From the NCBI GenBank assembly GCA_033721835.1, contig JAWWAE010000001.1:1-61867 (forward strand): DNA of 61,867 nt, read 5' to 3'. Shown here one piece after another: positions 1-8,940 of the stretch. The DNA comes from Halofilum sp. (in: g-proteobacteria). Lineage in GTDB: Bacteria; Pseudomonadota; Gammaproteobacteria; XJ16; Halofilaceae. Both the position numbers and the translations under genes were made by a program. The notes under the pieces were generated by a model that was not told the origin of the DNA, did not search any database, and was given only the letters and a program-made list of their open reading frames with translations. Positions within the stretch are counted from its first letter, which is position 1; the number at the start of each line of letters is the position of its first letter.

Positions 1-686
1 ACGCGTACGGTGAACTCGCTGTATCCCTGCTCGATGGAGCCGCCGGGCCGATTGAGGTTGGAGTCGCGCAACGTCTGCACGACCTCGGCCAGCGGGAGGT
101 TCAGCGCCTGCACGCGCTCAGGCCGCAGTCGGACCTGGATTTCGCGTTCGGGCCCGCCCCACAGGTCGACCTGGGCCACCCCCGGCACCTGCTGCACCCG
201 GTAGCTGAGCCGATTGTCGATGATGCGCCGCAGCGCGATCGGATCGATCTCGGAGAAGATGCCGATCAGCATGATGGGCGCGTCGGACGTATCGAACTTG
301 CGGATCGAGGGCCGCTCCGCGCCTTCCGGCGGGTCCTCGTACTCCTCGTCGATCGCATCGCGCACGTCGATCGCGGCGAACCCGAGATCGGTGCCCCAGG
401 CAAACCGCAGCGTGACGTTGGCGACGCCCTCCGCGGTCGAGGCCGTGATCTCCTCCACGCCCTGCACCGTCGCCACCGCGTTCTCGATCGGCTTGGCGAC
501 CAGTTCCTCCATCGCCTGTGGCGAGGCGTTCGGGTAGGCCACGTTGACCGTGATGTACGGGTACTCGATGTCCGGCAGCAGGTCGACCGCGAGCCGCGAC
601 AGCGACATCGCGCCGATCACCACGGCGATCAGTGTGACCATCGCGGTCAGAACGGGCCGTCGAACGCTGAAGGCGGGAAGGTTCAT
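1..686 (-). CDS. RND efflux permease (AcrB/AcrD/AcrF family), N-terminal part; runs off the window
   Basis: Read by hand from ATG at 686: MNLPAFSVRRPVLTAMVTLIAVVIGAMSLSRLAVDLLPDIEYPYITVNVAYPNASPQAMEELVAKPIENAV, a typical AcrB-family N-terminus; lies downstream of an MFP gene. Confidence 0.93.
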   Translation of the reverse strand, partial: MNLPAFSVRRPVLTAMVTLIAVVIGAMSLSRLAVDLLPDIEYPYITVNVAYPNASPQAMEELVAKPIENAVATVQGVEEITASTAEGVANVTLRFAWGTDLGFAAIDVRDAIDEEYEDPPEGAERPSIRKFDTSDAPIMLIGIFSEIDPIALRRIIDNRLSYRVQQVPGVAQVDLWGGPEREIQVRLRPERVQALNLPLAEVVQTLRDSNLNRPGGSIEQGYSEFTVR

Positions 687-720
687 TCAGTCGAGCCCGT
701 CTCGCCGAGGTGCAAAGGAC

Positions 721-892
721 GGGACCACCGAAAACACCGAAGACACCGAAGGCACCGAAAAGGCGAAGAAACGCGAACCGCAGGGAGATTGTCTGCAGTT
801 ATCGAATGTGGATACTCCGCTCGCTTCGATCTCGCCCCAGGGCCATTCCGCATTCTTTTCTTCGGTGTGTTCGGTGCGTTCGGTGGTTTCCC
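721..892. repeat. Tandem-repeat inverted element, 9-nt unit NNCACCGAA (4 units left, 3 inverted units right)
   Basis: accaccgaa-aacaccgaa-gacaccgaa-ggcaccgaa at 724-759 versus ttcggtgtg-ttcggtgcg-ttcggtggt at 861-887. Confidence 0.9.
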
Positions 893-972
893 GAGTACGT
901 GGCCGCATCGAAGCCGTGGGCCCCGCGTACGGGCCCGGCCCTGCAGCGGATGAGCTTCCCGGGTTCGCTGCC

Positions 973-2148
973 TCATTGCGGTAGCCGGGAGACGATCACC
1001 GGTGCCCCGTCTTCGAGCAGCTGCTGGCCCAGGATGACCACGCGGCCGGACAGCGGCGGGTCCAGGATCTGGACCCGGTCCTCGCCCTCGAGTCCGAGCC
1101 GGACCGGGACGAACTCCACCCGGGGTGGCTCGTCGTCGGTGACGCGATAGACGGCGGGCCCCTCGCTGCGACGGACGATCGCCTCGGTGGGGACCAGGGT
1201 GGCGGCGTCCGCGGTGGCGACCGTGACCCGGATGGTCACGAACATTCCCGGTTTCAGCGCCCGCCCCTCGTTCGGCAGCCGGACCTCGAACCGGGCCTGG
1301 CGCGAGTCCTCGGCGAACCGCGGCGCGATCCGCGCGATCTCGCCCGCAAACGTGCGGCCCGGGAGTGCGTCGGCGTGGACCTCCACCCGCTGGCCCTCGG
1401 CGAGATGCGCATAGTCACCCTCCGGGGCGAATCCGACCGCCGTGATCGGGTCGATCCCCAGGATCGACAGCAGTGGGGTGTTGGCCGCCACGGTATCGCC
1501 GGCATTGATCATGCGTTCGCCGACCACGCGGACCTCGTCGCCGCCGCGCCAGTCGGCCCGTACGGCGGTATAGCCGAGCTGTACGCGCGCCCGTGCAAGC
1601 GCGGCCTCCCGCTGCGTGACCCGCGCCCGGGCGACGGCCACCGCAGCCCGCCGTGCCTCGGCCCCGGCGCGCGCGGTATCCAGCTCCGACTGCGAGGCGA
1701 GCTGGCGCCGGGCCAGCGAGCGCGTGCGCTCGAGCTCGCGTTCGGCCAGTCGTGCCTCGGCCTCGGCCTGCTGCAACTCCGCCCTCGCCACGGCCAGACC
1801 GGCCTCGGCCTCCGCCACCGCCTGGGTGGCCTCGTCGTCGTCGAGCTCGACCACCACCTGCCCGCGGTTCACCCGGTCGCCGATGTCGACCGCGATGGCC
1901 TCGACCTGGCCGGCGATCTTCGGCGCCACCGTGAAGGCGTCGCCCGCCTCGAGCGTTCCGGTGAACTCGCGCACGTCGGCGACCGGTCCAGTCTCCACCG
2001 GCGCGGCCTCGACCGCGACCCGGCCGGTGGCGGCCCCACGGCCGCCGCCTGCTTCCGACTCCGGGCTGGTCCGCGCCAACCACCAGCCGGCGCCGCCGGC
2101 GAGGGCGAGCACGAGGCCGGTCACGGCAAGCCTGTGGGCAGGGGTCAT
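973..2148 (-). CDS. RND efflux periplasmic adaptor (membrane fusion protein)
   Basis: N-terminal TM anchor, APKIAGQVEAIAVDIGDRV lipoyl motif, coiled-coil hairpin, LKPGMFV motif. Confidence 0.95.
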   Translation of the reverse strand: MTPAHRLAVTGLVLALAGGAGWWLARTSPESEAGGGRGAATGRVAVEAAPVETGPVADVREFTGTLEAGDAFTVAPKIAGQVEAIAVDIGDRVNRGQVVVELDDDEATQAVAEAEAGLAVARAELQQAEAEARLAERELERTRSLARRQLASQSELDTARAGAEARRAAVAVARARVTQREAALARARVQLGYTAVRADWRGGDEVRVVGERMINAGDTVAANTPLLSILGIDPITAVGFAPEGDYAHLAEGQRVEVHADALPGRTFAGEIARIAPRFAEDSRQARFEVRLPNEGRALKPGMFVTIRVTVATADAATLVPTEAIVRRSEGPAVYRVTDDEPPRVEFVPVRLGLEGEDRVQILDPPLSGRVVILGQQLLEDGAPVIVSRLPQ

Positions 2149-2227
2149 CGGTCTCGCCTCCAGGGCGGGGTCGCCGCGGCCGGCGGCGCCGGCGGCATCA
2201 CGGTTGTTTCATGCTCCCCGGGCATGT

Positions 2228-3169
2228 TCACGCGGCCTCCGGCCCGTCGATGAACCGCACCTCCGCGAAACGGCAGGCCCGCAAGGCCGCGCGCAGGGCC
2301 TGCACGGCCTGCAGGCGCGGGAAACCCTTGCGCCAGGCCAGCACCACGCGGCGGCGTGGCTCGGGCTCGGTGAAGCGGCGCACCAGCACCGGTGAGCGGG
2401 CACGTTGTTCGTCCTGGGTGGCGGTGCACGGAACCACGCTGATGCCCATGCCACTCGCCACCATGTGCCGGATCGTCTCCAGCGACGAGCCTTCCAGTGC
2501 TTCGGCCGGCACCTGGTCGTGGATTCCGGGCTCCCGGAACTCCGGGCAGGCGCTGATCACCTGGTCGCGGAAACAGTGGCGCGCACCCACCAGCAGCACC
2601 AGTTCCTCGCCCAGCCGTGCGGGATCGATGCGCTCGAGGGCGGCCCACGGATGCGCCGCCGGCAGGATCACCCGGAACGGCTCGTCGTAAACCGGCCGGA
2701 TCTCGAGCCCGGACTGGTCCAGCGGCAGGGCCGCGATGATCGCGTCCAGTTCCAGGTTGTTCAGCCGCGCCACCAGCTGCTCGGTGTAGTCCTCCTGGAT
2801 CAGCAGCGGCATGCCGGGCGCGGCGTCACGCAGCGCGGGGATCAGCTCGGGGAACAGGTAGGGCGCGATGGTGTGGATGGCGCCGACCCGCAGCGGGCTC
2901 GCAAGCGGATCCCGGGCCTGTTCGGCCAGCGCGCGCAGGGCGTCGACTTCGCCGAGCACGCGCCGCGCCTGCTGCACCAGTTGCCGGCCGACCGGCGTGA
3001 TCGCCACGCGGTTGGTGCCGCGTTCGAACAGGCGCACGCCGAGCTCGTCCTCCAGCTTGCGGACGGCCACGGACAGCGTCGGCTGCGACACGTTGCAGGC
3101 GGCGGCGGCGCGGCCGAAGTGCTGCTCGCGCGCGACGGCAACGACGTAGCGGAACTCGGTCAGGGTCAT
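2228..3169 (-). CDS. oxyR: Hydrogen peroxide-inducible genes activator (LysR family)
   Basis: MTLTEFRYVVAVAREQHFGRAAAACNVSQPTLS; HCFRDQVISAC redox cysteine pair; GSSLETIRHMVASGMG. Confidence 0.93.
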   Translation of the reverse strand: MTLTEFRYVVAVAREQHFGRAAAACNVSQPTLSVAVRKLEDELGVRLFERGTNRVAITPVGRQLVQQARRVLGEVDALRALAEQARDPLASPLRVGAIHTIAPYLFPELIPALRDAAPGMPLLIQEDYTEQLVARLNNLELDAIIAALPLDQSGLEIRPVYDEPFRVILPAAHPWAALERIDPARLGEELVLLVGARHCFRDQVISACPEFREPGIHDQVPAEALEGSSLETIRHMVASGMGISVVPCTATQDEQRARSPVLVRRFTEPEPRRRVVLAWRKGFPRLQAVQALRAALRACRFAEVRFIDGPEAA

Positions 3170-3216
3170 GGGCGGCTGATCGGCCTCGGGCGGGCAAGCC
3201 TAGCCGCCGGGCAGTG

Positions 3217-3231
3217 ATTGATCAAATCGAT
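3217..3231. promoter_or_regulatory. Putative LysR/OxyR T-N11-A box upstream of oxyR
   Basis: ATTG-atcaaat-CGAT, resembling an ATAG-N7-CTAT half operator, about 50 nt upstream of oxyR. Confidence 0.35.
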
Positions 3232-3307
3232 TGCCGATTCGATCCCGATAGCGCGCGCCCATGGATCCGCGCACGCGGCATCGACCGCTGTCGCCCCGCC
3301 GAGCCGG

Positions 3308-3937
3308 TCAGAGCGCGCCGGCCTCGCGCAGGCGCCGCTGGATCGCTTCGGCCAGTCGTCGATAGCCGGCCGCGTTGGGGTGGATCGGGTCGGATTTCAG
3401 GGCCGGGTCGGCAATGATCTCGGCCAGGACCTCGGCCTCCAGCGGCACGCCGGTCGCCTCGGCGACCTCGAAGTACAGGTCGGCGGTATCTCGGAACACC
3501 AGCGAGCGCTCCGGCACGCCGACCAGCAGCACCGGGATGCCGCGCGCCTGCGCGGCCTCGACCATCGCCCTCAGGTTGGCGGCCGCTGCGGTCTCGCTGC
3601 GGCCACGCAGGATGTCGTTGCCGCCGTGGCAGAGGATCAGCAGGTCCGGACGCACCCGGTCCAGCACCCGCGGCAGCCGCCGCCGGCCCTGCGCGGACAG
3701 TTCGCCGGGCTCGCCGGCATTGATGACCTGCCGGCCCGTCAGCCGTTCCAGCACCGCCGGGTAGCTCGCGTCCGCGTCCGCGCCAGTGCCGCGGGTCAGG
3801 CTGTCGCCGAAGGCGAGGATGACCGCGTCCGCGGCCAGTGGCGGCAGCGGACGCTCCGGCCCACATCCGGCCAGCAGCGCGAGCAACGCGACCAGCAGCA
3901 GCCGGGACCGCCCGGTCTTTCCCGTCGTTCCGTTCAT
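3308..3937 (-). CDS. Arylesterase / SGNH-GDSL hydrolase lipoprotein (TesA-like)
   Basis: LLAGC lipobox, FGDSLT, GGND, DPIHPN motifs. Confidence 0.9.
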   Translation of the reverse strand: MNGTTGKTGRSRLLLVALLALLAGCGPERPLPPLAADAVILAFGDSLTRGTGADADASYPAVLERLTGRQVINAGEPGELSAQGRRRLPRVLDRVRPDLLILCHGGNDILRGRSETAAAANLRAMVEAAQARGIPVLLVGVPERSLVFRDTADLYFEVAEATGVPLEAEVLAEIIADPALKSDPIHPNAAGYRRLAEAIQRRLREAGAL

Positions 3938-4024
3938 GGTCCCTCTGCCCGCGCCCCGTGCCGTGTGTCGGAGACCCCGCGGGCGGTTATCATCGCACGC
4001 TCGACCGGGGCCGGGTCATCGAGC

Positions 4025-4597
4025 ATGGACGACGGACGCAGGCGGTGCGGCTGGTGCGGGGACGACCCGCTCTATGTCGCCTACCACGACGAGGAATGGG
4101 GCGTGCCGTCGACCGACGACCGGCACCTGTTCGAGATGCTGCTCCTCGAGGGCGCGCAGGCGGGCCTGTCCTGGCTGACGATCCTGCGCAAGCGCGAGGG
4201 CTATCGCCGGGCGTTCGCCGGCTTCGATCCGGAGCGGATCGCCCGCTTCGACGAGGCGGATGTCGAGCGGTTGCGGGCCGATGCCGGCATCGTGCGCAAC
4301 CGCACCAAGATCGAGGCCGCCATCGGCAATGCGCGCGCGTTCCTGGAGCTGCAGCAGCGCGAGGGCAGGTTCAGCGACTGGGCCTGGTCGTTCGTCGGTG
4401 GGCGCCAGCGGATCAACCGGCCCGCGAGCCTGGCCGAGGTGCCGGCCGAGACCGCCGAGTCACGGGCATTGTCGAGGGCCCTCAAGCAGCGCGGCTTCCG
4501 CTTCGTCGGGCCGACCATCTGCTACGCGTGGATGCAGGCGGTCGGGCTGGTCGACGACCACGTGGCCGACTGCTTTCGTGCCGGCGGCCGCGGCTGA
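4025..4597 (+). CDS. tag: DNA-3-methyladenine glycosylase I
   Basis: RCGWC...YHDEEWG...LEGAQAGLSW...GFRFVGPTICYAWMQAVGLVDDH; start moved to ATG 4025. Confidence 0.95.
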   Translation: MDDGRRRCGWCGDDPLYVAYHDEEWGVPSTDDRHLFEMLLLEGAQAGLSWLTILRKREGYRRAFAGFDPERIARFDEADVERLRADAGIVRNRTKIEAAIGNARAFLELQQREGRFSDWAWSFVGGRQRINRPASLAEVPAETAESRALSRALKQRGFRFVGPTICYAWMQAVGLVDDHVADCFRAGGRG

Positions 4598-4603
4598 CGA
4601 CCG

Positions 4604-5095
4604 TCAGTTCACCTCCTCGAGCCGGCCGCTCTTCACGTCGTACACGAACCCGCGGATCGCATCCTTCCTGGGAATGAACGGGCTGGCCTGGATGCGCCGG
4701 ATCGACTGGCGCACATCGCCCTCCAGGTCGGCGAATGCCTCGAATGCGAACGGGGGCCGCAGCCCGGTTTCCTGCTCGATCTCGTCCTTCAGGTCGTCGT
4801 CGCGGAAGCTCTGCATGCCGCACTCGGTGTGATGGACCAGCACGATCTCCTCGGTGCCGAGCTTGCGCTGCGAGATGGCCAGCGAGCGGATCACGTCGTC
4901 GGTCACGACCCCGCCGGCGTTGCGGATCACGTGCGCGTCGCCCTCGGTCAGGCCGAGCATCCGGTAGACGTCGAGCCGGGCGTCCATGCAGGCGACGATC
5001 GCCACCCTGCGGGCCGGCGGGACCGGCAGGTCCCCCTTGTCGAACCCCTCCGCGTAGGCGTCATTGTTCTCCAGCAGTTCGTCGGTCGTGCTCAT
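4604..5095 (-). CDS. Beta-class carbonic anhydrase (short clade-D type)
   Basis: CMDARLD, IRNAGG, HHTECGM zinc ligands; 163 aa from MSTTDELL. Confidence 0.92.
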   Translation of the reverse strand: MSTTDELLENNDAYAEGFDKGDLPVPPARRVAIVACMDARLDVYRMLGLTEGDAHVIRNAGGVVTDDVIRSLAISQRKLGTEEIVLVHHTECGMQSFRDDDLKDEIEQETGLRPPFAFEAFADLEGDVRQSIRRIQASPFIPRKDAIRGFVYDVKSGRLEEVN

Positions 5096-5228
5096 GGCGG
5101 CTGTCCCCCGGCGCCTCGCGCCCATGTACTCTGGCCAGACCATAGGACGCGCCGGCAACGCGTTCAATGCCACGCCGGCGCCGGCGCGACTGCGCCCGGC
5201 TGGCGGCAGCCGGGGAGGAGGGTCCCGC

Positions 5229-5621
5229 GTGCAACACGCCGCACTGCTCGCCGATGCGCTGGCCGTCATCCACGCGGCCTACGTCGGTTTCGTGGTCGGC
5301 GGCCAGGCCCTGATCCTGGCGGGCTGGGCGGCCGGCTGGGGTTGGACGCGCAATCCGTGGTTCCGCGGGCTGCACCTGGCCGCCATCGGGCTCGTGGTCG
5401 CGGAGGTGATCCTGGGCGTCTACTGCCCGTTGACCCTGATCGAGTCCGACCTGCGGCGCAGCGCCGGCGCGCAGGGCTATGCCGACATGAGCTTCATCGG
5501 CTACTGGGTCAATCGCCTGCTCTACTACGACATCCCCCTGTGGCAGGCGCACCTGGCCTACCTCGCCTTCGCCGCACTGGTGGTCTGGTCGTTCCTGCGC
5601 TACCCGCCGCGGCGGTCCTAG
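5229..5621 (+). CDS. DUF2784-family membrane protein
   Basis: LADALAVIHAAYVGFVVGG...LHLAAI...CPLTLIE...SFIGYW; GTG start after GGAGGAGG. Confidence 0.8.
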   Translation: MQHAALLADALAVIHAAYVGFVVGGQALILAGWAAGWGWTRNPWFRGLHLAAIGLVVAEVILGVYCPLTLIESDLRRSAGAQGYADMSFIGYWVNRLLYYDIPLWQAHLAYLAFAALVVWSFLRYPPRRS

Positions 5622-5655
5622 GCCGGCCCGCGCCGCAGGCAACCGCCGGCCAGGA

Positions 5656-6162
5656 CTAGTGGCAGTGCTTGAGGTTGCGGGCCAGCAGCCACCAGTTCGC
5701 CGGGTAGGCCGCGACGAAGCCCGCGACCACGGCCACGCCGAACCCGATCCAGAACAGCGGATCGGCCATCGATGTGACCTGCACGCCGCCGACCCAGTAG
5801 TCCGCGCCGTTCATCGCGATCTCCATCACGCTGATCGAGATCACCTCGGCCAGCCAGACGGTCGCCATCGCCCGGCGCCAGCTGAAGCCGTGGCGCTTCA
5901 TCACCGGCCAGGCGGCGAGGTTGAGCCCGAACACGAAGGCCAGCGCGGTCGCAAGGCCCATGGTGGCCCAGACGCCCAGCCCCAGGGTCACACCGATCGC
6001 CAGGCCGAGGAACTCGCCGATCGAGCAGCCGATGAGACAGTGCAGGGTCGCGTGGGCCGTGGTGATTGCGCGCTCGCGGCGCGAGCTGCCGTGGCCGGCG
6101 GCCCCGGAGGTCGCCGCCCGGGCGCGCGAATGGTGGCTCCCTGGAATCGTTTCACCTTGCAT
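5656..6162 (-). CDS. DUF4396-family membrane protein (candidate metal-handling protein)
   Basis: ATLHCLIGCSIGE, ISVMEIAMN, GFVAAYPANWWL, C-terminal KHCH. Confidence 0.85.
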   Translation of the reverse strand: MQGETIPGSHHSRARAATSGAAGHGSSRRERAITTAHATLHCLIGCSIGEFLGLAIGVTLGLGVWATMGLATALAFVFGLNLAAWPVMKRHGFSWRRAMATVWLAEVISISVMEIAMNGADYWVGGVQVTSMADPLFWIGFGVAVVAGFVAAYPANWWLLARNLKHCH

Positions 6163-6168
6163 GCCCGT

Positions 6169-6200
6169 ACCCTACAACGTGTAGTCGGCTACGGGGTCAA
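6169..6200 (-). promoter_or_regulatory. MerR-family (ZntR/CadR-like) promoter-operator, probably leaderless
   Basis: Minus strand TTGACC-ccGTAGccgaCTACacgttg(20 nt)-TAGGGT-acgggc-ATG: long spacer containing a dyad. Confidence 0.7.
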
Positions 6201-6404
6201 CGGGGTCTGCCGGGGCTCGCTGGGAAAGGAGGCCGGGCGCCGTCTCGGTGCCCGGCCGGGGCGCTTCTGTCTCGGGCCGGGCTGCCCCGGCCATTGCTCC
6301 CCGGACTTGGACCGGCCGCACGGCCCGGGGTTCCCCTCCGATCGAGGGTCCCGTCGGGCCGTGGCCCGGCCGAAGCACCATGGCCGGCGGCGGCGGACCG
6401 GGCG

Positions 6405-7232
6405 TCAGCGGGCGTTCGGTGTGAACAACTGCTGGCCGCGCAGGCGGAAGTCGGCGATCGCCTGCTGGCCGGTCGGCCCGGTCAGCCAGTCGATGAAGCG
6501 TTGGCCTGCCTCCGCGTTGACGTGCGGGTGCCGCTCCGGGTGGACCAGGATCACGCCGTAGGGATTGAACAGGCGCGGATCGCCCTCGATCAGCAGCTCG
6601 AGGTCCTGGCGATTGTTGAAGGCGATCCAGGTGCCGCGGTCCGCGAGCGCGTAGGCGTTCATCGAGGCCGCGGTGTTGAGAGTCGGCCCCATGCCGGAGC
6701 CGGTCTCGCGGTACCAGTCGTCGCCGCTGTCGGGCTCTATGCCCGCCGCCGCCCAGAGCGAGCGCTCCTTCTTGTGGGTACCACTGTTGTCGCCGCGTGA
6801 GGCGAACGGCGCCCCCGATTCGGCGATCCGCTCGAGTGCGGCCGCCGCGTCCTCCATCCCGCGGACGCCGGCCGGGTCGGCGGCCGGCCCGACGATCACG
6901 AAGTCGTTGTACATCACTGCGTGGCGCTTCACGCCGTAGCCCTGCTCCACGAACTCCAGCTCGGACGGCTTGTGGTGCACGAACAGGACGTCGGCGTCGC
7001 CGCGGCGCGCGATCTCGATCGCCTGGCCGGTGCCGACCGCGACCACGCGCACGTCGATGCCGGTGGCCTGTTCGAACTGCGGCAGCAGGTGGGCGAACAG
7101 GCCGGAATTCTCGGTCGAGGTGGTCGATGCGACCGTGATCGATCCCGCGCCGATGGCGGGCGTCGCGAACAGCAGGGCGAGCAGTGCCGGCCACAGCCGG
7201 CACAGGCGGACGGGGCAGACGGGGCGGTGCAT
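6405..7232 (-). CDS. tupA: Tungstate ABC transporter substrate-binding protein
   Basis: ASTTSTENSGL (TTTS-like), VGTGQA, YNDFVIVGP, SRGDNSGTH; start set at MHRPVC with a GGAG RBS. Confidence 0.9.
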   Translation of the reverse strand: MHRPVCPVRLCRLWPALLALLFATPAIGAGSITVASTTSTENSGLFAHLLPQFEQATGIDVRVVAVGTGQAIEIARRGDADVLFVHHKPSELEFVEQGYGVKRHAVMYNDFVIVGPAADPAGVRGMEDAAAALERIAESGAPFASRGDNSGTHKKERSLWAAAGIEPDSGDDWYRETGSGMGPTLNTAASMNAYALADRGTWIAFNNRQDLELLIEGDPRLFNPYGVILVHPERHPHVNAEAGQRFIDWLTGPTGQQAIADFRLRGQQLFTPNAR

Positions 7233-7259
7233 GCCTGTACTCCACGCGGGACCGGCTTC

Positions 7260-7288
7260 ATTGTATTTTTTCGCGCAACAGATGCAAA
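7260..7288 (-). promoter_or_regulatory. Putative sigma70 promoter of tupA with AT-rich upstream tract
   Basis: Minus strand (T)TTGCAT-16/17 nt-TACAAT; the AT-rich island extends to about 7345. Confidence 0.55.
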
Positions 7289-7508
7289 TATGCGAACAAA
7301 AAAGAAACATAAACATTCAAAAACAGGAATATACCAATTTCCCTTGGTCGCCTGGCGGCCTGTCATCCCGCTCCTCGCGTGCTGCTGCAACCCGCCCGCG
7401 AAACTGGTTGTTTTGTCGCCGCTTGTGCCATGATTGCGGCGTGGCGCCGCCGGGCGCCGCGCAACGGGGGCAGCGGCCCCCGCGGGCGCGGACGGAGACC
7501 GAGCGTTC

Positions 7509-8102
7509 ATGCAGATGCACAGGCAACCGATGATCCTGAAGACGGACCCGGGCGGGCGCCCGATCCGCTGGGTCGACGTGCGGGCGGCGGCGGCGTACCT
7601 GCTGCGGGACGAACTGGCCTGGGCCTCGGCCGCGACCGCCGTCGTCCTCCACGGCGGCATCTCGGCCCGCACCGGTTGCCGCAGCCGCCTCGACATCCCC
7701 TCGATCGTCGCCATCAGCAGCGCCCGCGCCGCCTGGTACGACGACAGCGTGCCCCGGCTCACCAACGAGGCCCTGTTCCTGCGCGACCGTCACCTCTGCT
7801 GCTACTGCGGGGACCTGTTCGACGACCGCACGGCGCTGCTCACCCGCGACCACGTGCTGCCGGTGTCGCGGGGCGGCAGCGACATCTGGGACAACGTCGT
7901 GACCAGTTGCCGCGCCTGCAACCAGAAGAAGGACAACCGACTGGTCGAGGAAACGCCGCTCGAGATGCTCTACATCCCGTACACGCCCTCGCGCGCCGAG
8001 GCGATGATCCTCGAGAACCGACGCATCCTCGCCGACCAGATGGACTACCTGCTGGCCCAGGTCCCGCGCCGCGACCGTCATCGCCGCGCCATGTGCGCCT
8101 GA
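7509..8102 (+). CDS. HNH endonuclease family protein
   Basis: LFLRDRHLCCYCG...TRDHVLPVSRGG...NVVTSCRACNQKKDN. Confidence 0.92.
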   Translation: MQMHRQPMILKTDPGGRPIRWVDVRAAAAYLLRDELAWASAATAVVLHGGISARTGCRSRLDIPSIVAISSARAAWYDDSVPRLTNEALFLRDRHLCCYCGDLFDDRTALLTRDHVLPVSRGGSDIWDNVVTSCRACNQKKDNRLVEETPLEMLYIPYTPSRAEAMILENRRILADQMDYLLAQVPRRDRHRRAMCA

Positions 8103-8127
8103 GGCGGGCATCGGTCCGAACGGCGAC

Positions 8128-8844
8128 ATGACCGCGGGCGGGCCAGCGCCGGGCCATCCCTCCGATCTCTCCGCCGCCGACCTGGCGTTGCTGGAACGCC
8201 TGCCCCTGTTCGCGGGGTTCGGCGGCGAGACGCTCGACCGGCTGCTCGCGGCGGCCCGCGTCGAGACCTGGCGCCGCGATTCACTGCTGTTCCGCCAGGA
8301 CGAACCGGCGACCCGGTTCTACGTCATCCTGGTCGGATGGGTGAAGCTGTACCGGGTGTCGAGCAGTGGCCAGGAGAGCGTGGTCCACGTGTTCACCCGC
8401 GGCGAATCCCTCGCCGAGGCGGCCATCTTCGCCGGCGGGCACTATCCCGTGAACGCCCTGGTCGCCTCGCCCTCGCGGCTGCTCGCGATCCCGGCCCGGC
8501 CGTTCCTCGACGTGATCGACAACGACCCGGCGGTGGCGCGCAACATGCTCGCCGCGATGTCCCGTCACCTGCGGCAACTGGTCACGCGGCTGGAACAGTT
8601 GAGCGGGCAGCCGGCGCCACAGCGGGTGGCCTCGTTCCTGCTCAGCCTCGCGCCCGAGGCCGAGGGCCCGCTGGAGATGCGCCTGCCGGTGAACAAGTCC
8701 CTGATCGCCGCCCGCCTCGGAATGCAGCCAGAGACCCTGTCGCGGGCCCTCGCCCAGTTGCGCGAGCGGGGGGTGGAGACCGCTGGGGAGAAAATCCGCG
8801 TGCCGGATGTCGGGCAGTTGCGGCGGCTGGCGGCGGGCGAGTGA
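8128..8844 (+). CDS. CRP/FNR family regulator (Dnr/NnrR-like, no Fe-S cysteines)
   Basis: cNMP-binding fold (LLFRQDE, GESLAE) and HTH LGMQPETLSR. Confidence 0.9.
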   Translation: MTAGGPAPGHPSDLSAADLALLERLPLFAGFGGETLDRLLAAARVETWRRDSLLFRQDEPATRFYVILVGWVKLYRVSSSGQESVVHVFTRGESLAEAAIFAGGHYPVNALVASPSRLLAIPARPFLDVIDNDPAVARNMLAAMSRHLRQLVTRLEQLSGQPAPQRVASFLLSLAPEAEGPLEMRLPVNKSLIAARLGMQPETLSRALAQLRERGVETAGEKIRVPDVGQLRRLAAGE

Positions 8845-8940
8845 GTCCCCCGGCCGGGCGGGCGCGCCGGACCGTTCACGCAGACCCGGGCGCCAGCAGC
8901 GGGCGCGGTGGCGATCCGGAGAATGCCGGGCCGGGGTCCC

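Noticed and set aside
7509-8102. HNH nuclease as mobiliser of the repeats or as a defence system
   Set aside because: No repeats flank it, no methylase or defence partners are adjacent, and it resembles a widespread stand-alone HNH family
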